Position numbers and translations under genes: made by a program
Notes under the pieces: generated by a model
Seen by the model: the letters and a program-made list of their open reading frames with translations, nothing else
Databases searched by the model: none
What the model was told of the DNA's origin: nothing
In this document: one piece after another, positions 35,416 through 44,628 of the stretch
How positions within the stretch are numbered: the first letter of the stretch is position 1
Layout: every line of letters begins with the position of its first letter
DNA from: a virus
Lineage: Duplodnaviria; Caudoviricetes
Strand: one strand, 5' to 3'
IMG/VR virus record: IMGVR_UViG_3300014208_000026
Coordinates: 32,001-96,000 of that record
DNA length: 64,000 nucleotides

Positions 35416-36114
35416 ATGCAGAAGAAAGCGGATGCTGGTCAGGATATTCTCTGGAGTCTGGTCGACCGGAGGGCTTATGCAAAAGTGCGTAGTCGTTTGA
35501 TTCGGGAGGACACCCAGGCTGGAGAATTTCTGTCACAGATCGCAGGCAAGCTTATCGAGCTTCTGGATCTCCCCCAGAACGAAGAGTACGCCCTCAATAG
35601 ACTCCGGAACGTGGTCACGAACCATTGGGATATGGGGAACATTCGGAATCAGGTGTTCAAGGCTGCGGATCTGTTGGGGCTGAATCTGCCCTCGGGCATG
35701 TTCGCTTCGAAGAGGGCCGGTCAGAAGAAAGGGCGCCATGCGGGCTACGATATTCTGTTCAAGCTGATCGACGAACAGAAGTACAACGCCAAGCACGATG
35801 AGATCGAGAAGGCGGGGGATGCTCAAACGGCTTCCCTATTCTTGGACATCGGGGCTACTCTGGCGGGTCTTTTCTATCGGATGGTGCCAGGGCGAGAGGC
35901 TTTGGACCATTTCCAAGATGTCGTTGAAAACGGGCTGCGTTGGGACGTGGCTCTGATTCGTGAAAAGGTGGTTTCGGCAGCAAACTCGCTTGGACTGAAG
36001 GTTTCAGGCCTTCGTCTCGCCTCTGGGGACAAACAGCTTCGTAGAGACTTGATTCGTTTGGCTTCTGCTAATCCAGGTCTGAGAAGTGCCCTTCTCCCCT
36101 TGCTTTCAAGGTAG
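35416..36114 (+). CDS. protein with internal tandem duplication and C-terminal tag
   Basis: AGQDILWSLVD and AGYDILFKLID repeats; ends LRRDLIRLASANPGLRSALLPLL. Confidence 0.75.
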   Translation: MQKKADAGQDILWSLVDRRAYAKVRSRLIREDTQAGEFLSQIAGKLIELLDLPQNEEYALNRLRNVVTNHWDMGNIRNQVFKAADLLGLNLPSGMFASKRAGQKKGRHAGYDILFKLIDEQKYNAKHDEIEKAGDAQTASLFLDIGATLAGLFYRMVPGREALDHFQDVVENGLRWDVALIREKVVSAANSLGLKVSGLRLASGDKQLRRDLIRLASANPGLRSALLPLLSR

Positions 36115-36120
36115 TGATCT

Positions 36121-36990
36121 ATGGACTCAAAGCAGCAGACTCACCGCATCGTAGCCCGATGGGCCCTGAGACGGGCAGTTCAAGAGGTCTGTGCCTCTCC
36201 AGATTTCCACGTCCGTACCGCTTCTCTTGTTGGATTCACCCCCGAAGTGGTAACTGCTTTTGCGGACAGTTTCATCCTGCCGGTCATTGATTTCCACGAC
36301 CGGACAGCTTTGTTTGGAGGGCTCACCCGTAGGCTATCTCAGTTTGTGGAGATGCTTCGGAAGGCTCCCGCTCTTTGGGAGAAGATCAAAGAATTCCTAG
36401 GGATCAAGAATCTGTTGGATATTCCGAGAGCCATCAAGAAGTGGGCTCAAGAAGGATTCCAGGCGATCCGGAACGTGTTCAAGAAGCTGACGCACGAGTT
36501 TCCCTTGGCTCTGTTCTTCACGGTCCCGAAGGCTATGCCTACAATCACCGATGCTGTGAATCGTATCATGGCGAAGAGCCCCTTCATCCAGCGTGCGGTC
36601 AAGAGCATTCAAGGGGCGGCGGTGAAAATCGATCAGCTACTGGATAGGGCTCTGCCGACTTTCCGGCGTCCCATCCTGGCGGCAATTTTCATTTGGTTCT
36701 GGATGAACATTGCAGAACTGTCTTTCGACCTCCCGGGGACCATCGAGGGTTTCCTGGGTGGGGTTACTCTAGGACAACTTTTCAATGAGTTGCCCGAGAA
36801 CGGTTTGAGTTTCCTGGCGGGCATGTTCGGTTTGGGTTACGAGTTCCTGCCTCTGGTCATTATTGCCCGTGTTGCATGGTTGGTGTCTAAGCGATACATG
36901 AAATGGGTGCCGGGTAAGGGGTTGATAGTTGACTGGGGTGCCGTTACGGCAGGGGCGGAACGGTCTCAAGAATTCGTGTCCGTTTTTTAG
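36121..36990 (+). CDS. probable membrane protein
   Basis: Hydrophobic segments ILAAIFIWFW and FLAGMFGLGYEFLPLVIIA. Confidence 0.65.
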   Translation: MDSKQQTHRIVARWALRRAVQEVCASPDFHVRTASLVGFTPEVVTAFADSFILPVIDFHDRTALFGGLTRRLSQFVEMLRKAPALWEKIKEFLGIKNLLDIPRAIKKWAQEGFQAIRNVFKKLTHEFPLALFFTVPKAMPTITDAVNRIMAKSPFIQRAVKSIQGAAVKIDQLLDRALPTFRRPILAAIFIWFWMNIAELSFDLPGTIEGFLGGVTLGQLFNELPENGLSFLAGMFGLGYEFLPLVIIARVAWLVSKRYMKWVPGKGLIVDWGAVTAGAERSQEFVSVF

Positions 36991-37025
36991 CCTTTAGGCT
37001 TTCCTCTATAGGAGGAGAAGCCCTC

Positions 37026-37652
37026 ATGAGCAGTACAAAACGAGTTGCTAGTCGATATCTACAGCGTCAGTGGCCTCAGAATTTCAGAACCAAGACGGCC
37101 GGTGAGGTCATCCACGTCAAGGACAAGGCGGGAGACGCTCTGGAATGGGCTTATGCCCGTGGCCCGTCCGGTCGTGAGATTTCCCCGAACTTCAAGTTCA
37201 ACGAGAAGAACGTCAAGGTGCTGGCAAAAGTGATGCGCTCCCTGTTGGCCGCCCTTGGCCACACCATGACGGGGTACCACACTTTCACCAAGATCAAGTC
37301 GGTTGGCCTCTCCCCCGACGGCAAGTTGGGTGGCAAGGGTTACGTGATAGAGATCGCCACCATCCGTAAGCACCTGACGAACTGTATCGAGGCCCTCTCT
37401 TCGATCACTGACACCCTCTATGACGAAGTGAAAGCCCCGCATTGGGCCGCCGCTTCTCGTCAGGAGACTCCAGAAGCCAAGCAGGAACTCCATGAGGTCG
37501 TGGAGCAGGCCAAAGAAATCAAAGAGGACCCTGAGGGTTGGGCCGAAGAGCAGGAAGAGGATATGGGGGACGACGTTCCAGAGATCAACGACGAACCCGA
37601 TGAGCCTGTGAACCTTAAGACCGCCAGTACACGCTATCGCAGGAGCCGCTAA
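37026..37652 (+). CDS. hypothetical protein with RVASRYL tag
   Basis: 208 aa; KRVASRYL, KTAG and KTAS. Confidence 0.75.
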   Translation: MSSTKRVASRYLQRQWPQNFRTKTAGEVIHVKDKAGDALEWAYARGPSGREISPNFKFNEKNVKVLAKVMRSLLAALGHTMTGYHTFTKIKSVGLSPDGKLGGKGYVIEIATIRKHLTNCIEALSSITDTLYDEVKAPHWAAASRQETPEAKQELHEVVEQAKEIKEDPEGWAEEQEEDMGDDVPEINDEPDEPVNLKTASTRYRRSR

Positions 37653-39811
37653 TGAAACCTAAGAGTGCAAAGTCCAATCTGCCGTTTGACACGACTCCGT
37701 CCCTCGGCTCCAACTACGGCCTGGATGGTTTCGATTTCGACCTGGAGTATGGCGAGGGTGTGAAGGATAAGGCTTCTCTCCCCTCTGCCAGGGGCCTGTC
37801 TGGTTTGCCTGACGGGGTTGTCATGGGCAAGCCAAATATCGAGAAGTTTCCCGTAGGAGTTGTTCGGGCCTCGGAAGGCAACTTCGATTTGACAGCGTTC
37901 ATGTCTGAGCCTCAGTTGAATGACCTGGACTGGTTGGAGTTTGCTGAGCAAGACCTGGAGCGCCTTCCGGAGAATCCCATTCATATTATCCCCGAGTTGG
38001 TCGACGCTTGGGGGGTTGAACGGCGTACTGACGGTGTGAACAAGCGTCTCCCTTACCAGACCAAGGAAGCCATTGATCAGGCCCGTCCCAAGGTTGCCAA
38101 GCCTGGAAAGACGGCCAGCGAGATCAAGGACGTTGTCCGGCAGGCTATGCGCCGGTCCGCTTACGGTGAGCCTCTGGACAAGATTCTGAGAGAAGCGGCT
38201 CTGGCCCTCGGCCCCGATGCTGAGAAGGCCAAGACGGCTATGGCGGCTCTCAGGGCGGAACACGGCTTGGTTGGCAAGGTTCATATTCGAGCCTCGGTGT
38301 TCCCTGGGTGTTGGAACGGTCGTTTTGCGGAAGAGATTCGGAAGTACGCCTCGCAGGCTAAGTACGTGGTTGCGTCTCCTCATTGTGCGGGTTGCGTTCA
38401 CGCCCAGAACAACCACTGCGCGATTTTCAAGAAGGAGATCGTGGTCGACGTTCCGTGGGAACAGGCTCGTACTGCCTATGCCCCTCGTTTGGCGGCGGCT
38501 GGTCAAAAGGTCGCTTCGGACGGCAATGCAAAAGAGGCTTTGAAGGCCGCTCTCACTTCTACCCCCCGTAAGATGCAGTCCTCGCTTGGCCAGATTTTCC
38601 CGACCATCAAGACGGCAACTGGTGTGACCCCCGAAGAGGCTTTTGCTAAGCTGGCTTCCCTTTCCGCTCCGGTCCAGGAGAAGATCGGTATTGCAGACAA
38701 GCAGGCGGCTGAAGAACGAAAGCAAGTGCAGGTCCAGATTGCCAAGTGGCATAGGGCCGGTTTGCTCCCGAGTAAGGAAGAAGCTACTCGGCTGGTGAGA
38801 TCCTCGGCGGACCCCAGGAGTATTCTGAAGGCCGGAGCTGCTTTGATTTTAGCTTCCAAGGCCACTTCGTACAGCGGGTCGGGGATTGTAGTCGACACGG
38901 GAAAGACCGCTTCGCGTGGTCTGGCTTGGAGGGAGTTGGAGCGGGCGGAGAAGGCCAAGAAGGCAATCAAGGCCCGTGTAGAGAGCGATGCTTCCGAAGC
39001 CCTCGGGAAGATGGTCAAGGCCGGACTCCTGAAGGATGAAGAAGTTCGTCGAATCGTCGCCAAGCAGTTGCCCCCCGACGAACAAATGCGGTTGGCTACG
39101 GCTGTTGTGGCTCGCAGGGCTTCCACGGTAGCCCTCCCGCAGAAGACCAAGGCTGCGGCTGACTACACCGGAGCCGGAGAAAGGGCTCTGCCCGCTCGTG
39201 TGGCAGTCCCGAAACCGGCGGCATTCTCCTCACAGCATATTGCCAAGGTCGTGTCTGAGGCAAAGCGGTTGATGAACGCCGGACACGCTGGAAAGATGCT
39301 CGATGGGCTGCTGAAGGTTCATTTCTCCGGTGGTTTGCTGAAGGCGGCTTCGGTAGCGCTCAAGGAAGCCCGGGACGCCCACGAAGGTCTGGCCGGTCAC
39401 GTTTACGTGGATGCTTCCGTTTATGCTTCCCAGCGGGGGACTACAGGCTGCGACGCGGGGGCACTCCTGCATCGTACCAAGGGCACCAAGTTCCTGTTGG
39501 CTATGGATCGGTGCAACGGTTGCACGGCCCACAACGTAGAGGGCGTGTGCCAGAGGTACGGGAAGCAAGTAACCGCTTCAGTTCCCGTGGAGAACCCGAA
39601 GGGGTTTCAGCGGGAAATGATTCGGTTGGCTAACATTTCGGATTCGGAACGAACGGCTGAGTTGTTTGTGACGGACGGCGGGCAGGTTCTCGCTGAGTTC
39701 GGCGGGCTGTCGAACGCCCCCCTGGACGATATCGACCTGGATACCGCCCCGTCGTCCAAGGACCTCGGAGAGATTTTGTTCGGCGGACTCGATGCAGGGA
39801 GTGACGAATGA
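37652..39811 (+). CDS. large Ala-rich protein with duplicated Cys-rich module
   Basis: 719 aa; two HxGLxGxVxxxAS...C...CxGC...C modules. Confidence 0.75.
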   Translation: MKPKSAKSNLPFDTTPSLGSNYGLDGFDFDLEYGEGVKDKASLPSARGLSGLPDGVVMGKPNIEKFPVGVVRASEGNFDLTAFMSEPQLNDLDWLEFAEQDLERLPENPIHIIPELVDAWGVERRTDGVNKRLPYQTKEAIDQARPKVAKPGKTASEIKDVVRQAMRRSAYGEPLDKILREAALALGPDAEKAKTAMAALRAEHGLVGKVHIRASVFPGCWNGRFAEEIRKYASQAKYVVASPHCAGCVHAQNNHCAIFKKEIVVDVPWEQARTAYAPRLAAAGQKVASDGNAKEALKAALTSTPRKMQSSLGQIFPTIKTATGVTPEEAFAKLASLSAPVQEKIGIADKQAAEERKQVQVQIAKWHRAGLLPSKEEATRLVRSSADPRSILKAGAALILASKATSYSGSGIVVDTGKTASRGLAWRELERAEKAKKAIKARVESDASEALGKMVKAGLLKDEEVRRIVAKQLPPDEQMRLATAVVARRASTVALPQKTKAAADYTGAGERALPARVAVPKPAAFSSQHIAKVVSEAKRLMNAGHAGKMLDGLLKVHFSGGLLKAASVALKEARDAHEGLAGHVYVDASVYASQRGTTGCDAGALLHRTKGTKFLLAMDRCNGCTAHNVEGVCQRYGKQVTASVPVENPKGFQREMIRLANISDSERTAELFVTDGGQVLAEFGGLSNAPLDDIDLDTAPSSKDLGEILFGGLDAGSDE

Positions 39812-41184
39812 TGCAGAACCGAAAAGCCTATATCACCGACCGACCTGAGATGGCAGAAGACCTAGCCGCTCTGCTTGGATTGCTTCATGCCCTGTACTGG
39901 AATGGCTGGACTTCCCACTGGCAGTCGAAGGGGCCTACTTTCCTGGCAGACCATGACCTTTTTTCTCGGGTCTATACGGCCTATCCTGACGAGATCGATG
40001 CTCTGGCAGAGAAGACGGTAGGGTACTTCGGGATTGAGGCCGTGAACGTGTTCCCCCACGTTGAGCGATTCAAGGAGTGGTTGGATTCCGCCATGGAAAC
40101 GGCCGACCCCTTTGAGCGGGCTCTTGAGGGCGAGAATTCTCTGATCCTCTTTGCGGGGACTTTGCGGGAGAAGCTTGGGGACGACTTGGGTCTGTTCCCT
40201 GGTCTTGACGATTTCCTGACGGGACTGTGTGACGCCCATGAAACGAGTGTCTACCTTCTCCAGCAGAGGATCGGGGGAGATCAGGAGCCTGTCGTTACCA
40301 TCCCCGACGTGCCTGTAGAGATGGATCTTGACTCAGAGTGGCAGTCTATCCCTGAGCCTGGGGATGGCGTCCCTCCCGTTCTCGACGACAGTGCCTTGAC
40401 CGATGAGTTGGATTCCGAATGGCAGAAGGTCGGGGCCGCAGTGGCTCCCTCGGCTGAAGGTTTGTTTTTCAACAACCCCGAGCAGCGTGAGGTTCGGGAG
40501 TTTGCTCAGACAGGGGCTCCGTCGAACAACACGGGGATCGCAAAAGCCTCTCCCTTGGAAACCGGAGACGTGCAGGCTACTCCTCCGACTCCTTCCGAGA
40601 TTTTGGAGCAGCCTGGGGCGGACCAGTTCTCGACGCTCAATCGTTACTTGATTCGGACAGAGCAGCCTACGGATGAAAAGGTTACGCAGAGTCACGATGA
40701 ATTGCCGAAGCATCCCGATATGATGCAGCTTCAGGCTTCTTTGGAGCGGGATTGGGTCAAGCTGGCTGCAGCTTACCCCTCTATCATCACCGAGGCTAAC
40801 TGGGAAGAGTTTGAGGCGGGTGAAGGCATTTGGGAACGGGACGGGTTGAAGAGGGCTTGGAAGGGCTACAACGTTTCCATGACCTACGAGATTTACCAGT
40901 CTCCGGAAGAGGATGACGATGAGCCCGCAGATCCCGAGAGGGGCTTTGAGTTCAAGGACCGAAACTACGAGTACCTCGAAGATGCTTTGGACTCCAATTC
41001 TAACCGCAATTGGTTGGAGTGGTCCTCCTCACACCCTTCGAGCGGGGATTGGATTACAAGCGAGGACAGTGAGAACTACCGCACTGGGGAGAGGACTCAG
41101 TACTCCCTTTTCATCAAGCGGGGGGACAAAAACCCCCTGACCAAGTTGGAAATCGACTATATCACCGAGCAGTTCAGGTTGTAA
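39808..41184 (+). CDS. Dps/ferritin-like domain fused to an acidic linker and unknown C-terminal domain
   Basis: SHWQSKGPTFLADHDLF...EIDALAEK Dps ferroxidase pattern. Confidence 0.8.
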   Translation: MMQNRKAYITDRPEMAEDLAALLGLLHALYWNGWTSHWQSKGPTFLADHDLFSRVYTAYPDEIDALAEKTVGYFGIEAVNVFPHVERFKEWLDSAMETADPFERALEGENSLILFAGTLREKLGDDLGLFPGLDDFLTGLCDAHETSVYLLQQRIGGDQEPVVTIPDVPVEMDLDSEWQSIPEPGDGVPPVLDDSALTDELDSEWQKVGAAVAPSAEGLFFNNPEQREVREFAQTGAPSNNTGIAKASPLETGDVQATPPTPSEILEQPGADQFSTLNRYLIRTEQPTDEKVTQSHDELPKHPDMMQLQASLERDWVKLAAAYPSIITEANWEEFEAGEGIWERDGLKRAWKGYNVSMTYEIYQSPEEDDDEPADPERGFEFKDRNYEYLEDALDSNSNRNWLEWSSSHPSSGDWITSEDSENYRTGERTQYSLFIKRGDKNPLTKLEIDYITEQFRL

Positions 41185-41186
41185 CC

Positions 41187-41687
41187 ATGAGGCATACCGG
41201 AGCCCAACCTCGATTCAGTTTGCTTGTGGCACATTTCTCAGGGGCGCATGACGCCCAAGGAAATCCTGTGAAGCTGCGTAGCGTGATCACGCAGCAGCGC
41301 CTGAGCCTCAGTAATACCACTTGGGGCACAGGGCTGATCACCAGTGCTGTCGACGCCCCGTGTACAGCGACCATTACGGTTGCGGACAACGATTTCTCTA
41401 CGGGAGCCGTAGAACTGCACCTCGACGACCACCTGTTGGTTTCCGGTGTGCATTACGCTATTGGAGCCTCAGCTACTGACACGGCACACAATCTTGCAGC
41501 CGCGATTACGAACCTGCATGGATTCAATGCAACTCATTTGCTTGGGGTTGTATCAATTACGGGTCCTGTGGGTCCCGACGGCGGTACAATTGAATTGAAA
41601 GTGTTGCACCGTGGGACGATTCTCAATGTTACATACACGCCCTTCGTTGTGGGGCAACCCCGTCTCGGGCCGCTCAGCATCGCCTAG
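41187..41687 (+). CDS. putative structural protein
   Basis: Beta-rich 166 aa in the virion cluster. Confidence 0.6.
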   Translation: MRHTGAQPRFSLLVAHFSGAHDAQGNPVKLRSVITQQRLSLSNTTWGTGLITSAVDAPCTATITVADNDFSTGAVELHLDDHLLVSGVHYAIGASATDTAHNLAAAITNLHGFNATHLLGVVSITGPVGPDGGTIELKVLHRGTILNVTYTPFVVGQPRLGPLSIA

Positions 41688-41731
41688 TCCGTTTTTCATC
41701 CTTTACATTCCGTCACTGTAGGAGGAAGGCC

Positions 41732-42409
41732 ATGGCTGCGTCACCGCAGGCTATTGCAAGCAAACGTCTTTTGGTCGGTTTGGGCCCAGACGTGAAGCGT
41801 ATTCGTGTCATCAATAGCTACGGTCAAGAGACTTGGAGAACTCCGACTACCGTTGCCGATGCAGACGTGGTCATGACCAACGCCGAGGGCAAGCCCATCG
41901 TCATGCTCCAAGAGCCTGGGCGACCTAGGAAGGTTGAGGTCGAGCCGAATACCGAAGCTATTGCTGAGATGCTGCGGCTGAAGAAAGAGGAGGGGGGACG
42001 GTCCAAGATCATCAAGGCTCTGAAAGAGGACCCCGACTCCCTCAAGGGGTTGGATGCGCTCATCCTCGGTATGGCCGAAGAACAGGAATCTATCCGATTC
42101 GAACGCACGGTAGCCGAAAAGCACGGCAAGGATACGAGTACGCTGTCTATCCGCAGATCCCAGGCCCTACGTGCAATCGCTGAAACTTTGCTGAAGAAGC
42201 GGGAACTGGCTACGGCTAAGGAGATCGATCTGTCCAGTCCTACTTTCAAGGTTCTGTTGCGTTTCATCCTTGAGACTGTCCAGGAGGCCATGCGGGCGTC
42301 GGGTCTTCCAGAGGATGCAATCAACGACGTGTTCACCAAGTTCGGCAAGAAGATGAACGCTACGGAGTGGGAAGCAGATGCTAGACGGTCCATGAAGACC
42401 GCGAACTAG
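41732..42409 (+). CDS. possible terminase small subunit
   Basis: Helical 225 aa protein directly upstream of the terL cluster. Confidence 0.45.
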   Translation: MAASPQAIASKRLLVGLGPDVKRIRVINSYGQETWRTPTTVADADVVMTNAEGKPIVMLQEPGRPRKVEVEPNTEAIAEMLRLKKEEGGRSKIIKALKEDPDSLKGLDALILGMAEEQESIRFERTVAEKHGKDTSTLSIRRSQALRAIAETLLKKRELATAKEIDLSSPTFKVLLRFILETVQEAMRASGLPEDAINDVFTKFGKKMNATEWEADARRSMKTAN

Positions 42410-42521
42410 GGAGGGGGAGATAGAAAGTGCTTTTCAGAGTTAGTGCCGATTCGTCCAACTGGGAGTTGGACGTTAGCTGGGCCATGGTGGCCCGGGAATG
42501 GCCTCAAGGAGGGGCCTTATA

Positions 42522-43676
42522 ATGTTGAGAGTTACAGAGTTCGTCGAGCGAGACCTGGGGTTCAAGTTGTTTCCGGTGCAGAAGTTTTTCCTCAGAATGG
42601 CTTATGGGGAGGCTCTGGACACCAAAGAGAAGTTCAAAGTCCCGCGAAGCTGGCACCTGGATAGCTTTTATGACATGACAGAGGCCGAGTATTTGCAGTT
42701 TCTGTACAACGAAGGGCGTTGCAATGCTTCGGAGCCAGACCCGTCCTTGAGAGACGTGTTTCTGGCAGGAGGCAGGCTCGGCTCCAAGTCAACCCTGAGC
42801 GCAATCCTATCGGCCTACGAGACATATAAGCTGATTCAAAAAGATAACCCACAGAAATACTACGGAATGTTGGAAGGGACGACAATTGACGTATTGTCTG
42901 TGTCTACAGACAAAGATCAAGCCGGAATGGTTTACCAAGAGGCGTCATTACTGCTGAGCCGCAGCGGGTACACCCGTCCCTATAGGGCACTTTCGACCCT
43001 GTCGTATACGAGGTTTCAGTCCCCCGCGGACGTCAGGCGTTATGGTTTTTTCCAGGGCCAGGAGGCGGGGTCTAAAGCCACTCTCCGTATGACTTTCAGG
43101 TCATGTATCGCAAAGGGTCTTAGGGGTCCTAACTGTGCCGCCGTGATTCTTGACGAGATGGCCCATTTTTGCGACGAAGGTCAGGGCTCAGCGGAAGCTG
43201 TCTACGACGCTGTGACCCCTAGTATCGCAAATTTCACTCCCAAAGACCCGACTGATCCGAGGATTGTGATCGGTCCTCGGGAGTCTAGTCTTTTTGTTCT
43301 TTCCACCCCCCTGATTGCCGTTCAAGGGGATGAGCCTGATTTCTTCTGTAGTTCGTACTCCAGTTCTTTCAAGTCTGGCGGGTGCCTATGCCTCCAGATC
43401 CCGACTTGGGAGCTTAACCCTGCTATTCCGGTTGGGGTGTATCAGAAAGCCTTTGAACGGAACCTCGCTACTTTCGAGGCAGAGTTCGGGGCGCGGTTCG
43501 TTACGCGGGAAAAAGTCGTGACCCCCTCATCCGGGATTTCTCGAATCAAGGTGCTGGTGCTCAGGTCGGGCGTAGAGACGTGGTTGCAGCTAGAAGGGCT
43601 CCAGGAGACTGACGTCATCCCCTTGAAAATTGATGGTACTCCTTTTATCGCAATGACCCGAACCGGAGATAACTAA
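42522..43676 (+). CDS. terminase large subunit paralog 1, ATPase domain only
   Basis: LFPVQ, GGRLGSKS, ILDEMAH, IPTWELNP; no nuclease domain; ATG after AAGGAGG. Confidence 0.8.
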   Translation: MLRVTEFVERDLGFKLFPVQKFFLRMAYGEALDTKEKFKVPRSWHLDSFYDMTEAEYLQFLYNEGRCNASEPDPSLRDVFLAGGRLGSKSTLSAILSAYETYKLIQKDNPQKYYGMLEGTTIDVLSVSTDKDQAGMVYQEASLLLSRSGYTRPYRALSTLSYTRFQSPADVRRYGFFQGQEAGSKATLRMTFRSCIAKGLRGPNCAAVILDEMAHFCDEGQGSAEAVYDAVTPSIANFTPKDPTDPRIVIGPRESSLFVLSTPLIAVQGDEPDFFCSSYSSSFKSGGCLCLQIPTWELNPAIPVGVYQKAFERNLATFEAEFGARFVTREKVVTPSSGISRIKVLVLRSGVETWLQLEGLQETDVIPLKIDGTPFIAMTRTGDN

Positions 43677-43677
43677 A

Positions 43678-44628
43678 ATGCATGGAATCATCGAGTTCGC
43701 CGAGAAGAGCCTGAATATCCGTCTCTATCCTGTCCAGAAAGTCGTCCTCAAGACTATCTATGGAGAGCCTTTGGACGACAGGGAAGCCTTTAAGATCCCG
43801 ACCGATTGGAGACAAGAAAAGTATCTCTCCATGACAGAGGCAGGATACCTTCAGTATCTATATGAAGAGGGACGAAGCAACGTGAGGGAGCCTAATCCCG
43901 CACTCAAAAAATCCGTTCTCGTAGCCGGACGTCGGGTAGGTAAGAGTTTTCTGGAAACTATCATCATGAGGCACGAGATCCAGAAGTTGGTTTCTCCGGA
44001 TTTTGGAGATCCTCATGCTAGATATGGTTTGTCGCTGAATGACAAGATCAATGTTATATCGGTTACTCCAGGGAGTGATCTAGCCCGCTACATCAAGACA
44101 GAGTTCTGTGCTCTTGTTCCGGGAGTGCCTACTTACGGGGAGTCTGGGACAAGATTCCGGACTTCTGCTCTGAACAGTTCTCTGCGCTCCCCTGCGGAGT
44201 ATAACGTGCGGGCTATGTTCCTGTCTTCTTACTCTCCAGAAGTTTTGAGAGGTTTGAATGCCTATGTTTTGATTTTGGATGAGGCAGGGCATATGACGGA
44301 CAGGCAGTTGTGCGATATCACAAACGCTTGTGGTGCCTATGTGTTTTTTCCGAAAAAAGAGGGCAAGCCTAGCGGGCCTCTGGAGTCCAGAGTTGTCACT
44401 ATCTCCTCTCCTGGAAGGCCCTTTTACGATAAACGCAAAACACTATTCCAGCAGATATATGAGATAGATTTCAGAATGGGGACCAGTACGTGTTTCCAGA
44501 TTCCGACGTGGGAAATGAACCCCACTATCCCTGCCAAAGAGTATTCTAAGCACTATGACAAAGATCCTCTTATTTTTGAAATAGAGTTCGGGGCTAGGTT
44601 CTTGGAGTACAAGGAGACTCTTGTATAA
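43678..44628 (+). CDS. terminase large subunit paralog 2, ATPase domain only
   Basis: LYPVQ, GRRVGKS, ILDEAGH, IPTWEMNP; ends at EFGARF. Confidence 0.8.
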   Translation: MHGIIEFAEKSLNIRLYPVQKVVLKTIYGEPLDDREAFKIPTDWRQEKYLSMTEAGYLQYLYEEGRSNVREPNPALKKSVLVAGRRVGKSFLETIIMRHEIQKLVSPDFGDPHARYGLSLNDKINVISVTPGSDLARYIKTEFCALVPGVPTYGESGTRFRTSALNSSLRSPAEYNVRAMFLSSYSPEVLRGLNAYVLILDEAGHMTDRQLCDITNACGAYVFFPKKEGKPSGPLESRVVTISSPGRPFYDKRKTLFQQIYEIDFRMGTSTCFQIPTWEMNPTIPAKEYSKHYDKDPLIFEIEFGARFLEYKETLV

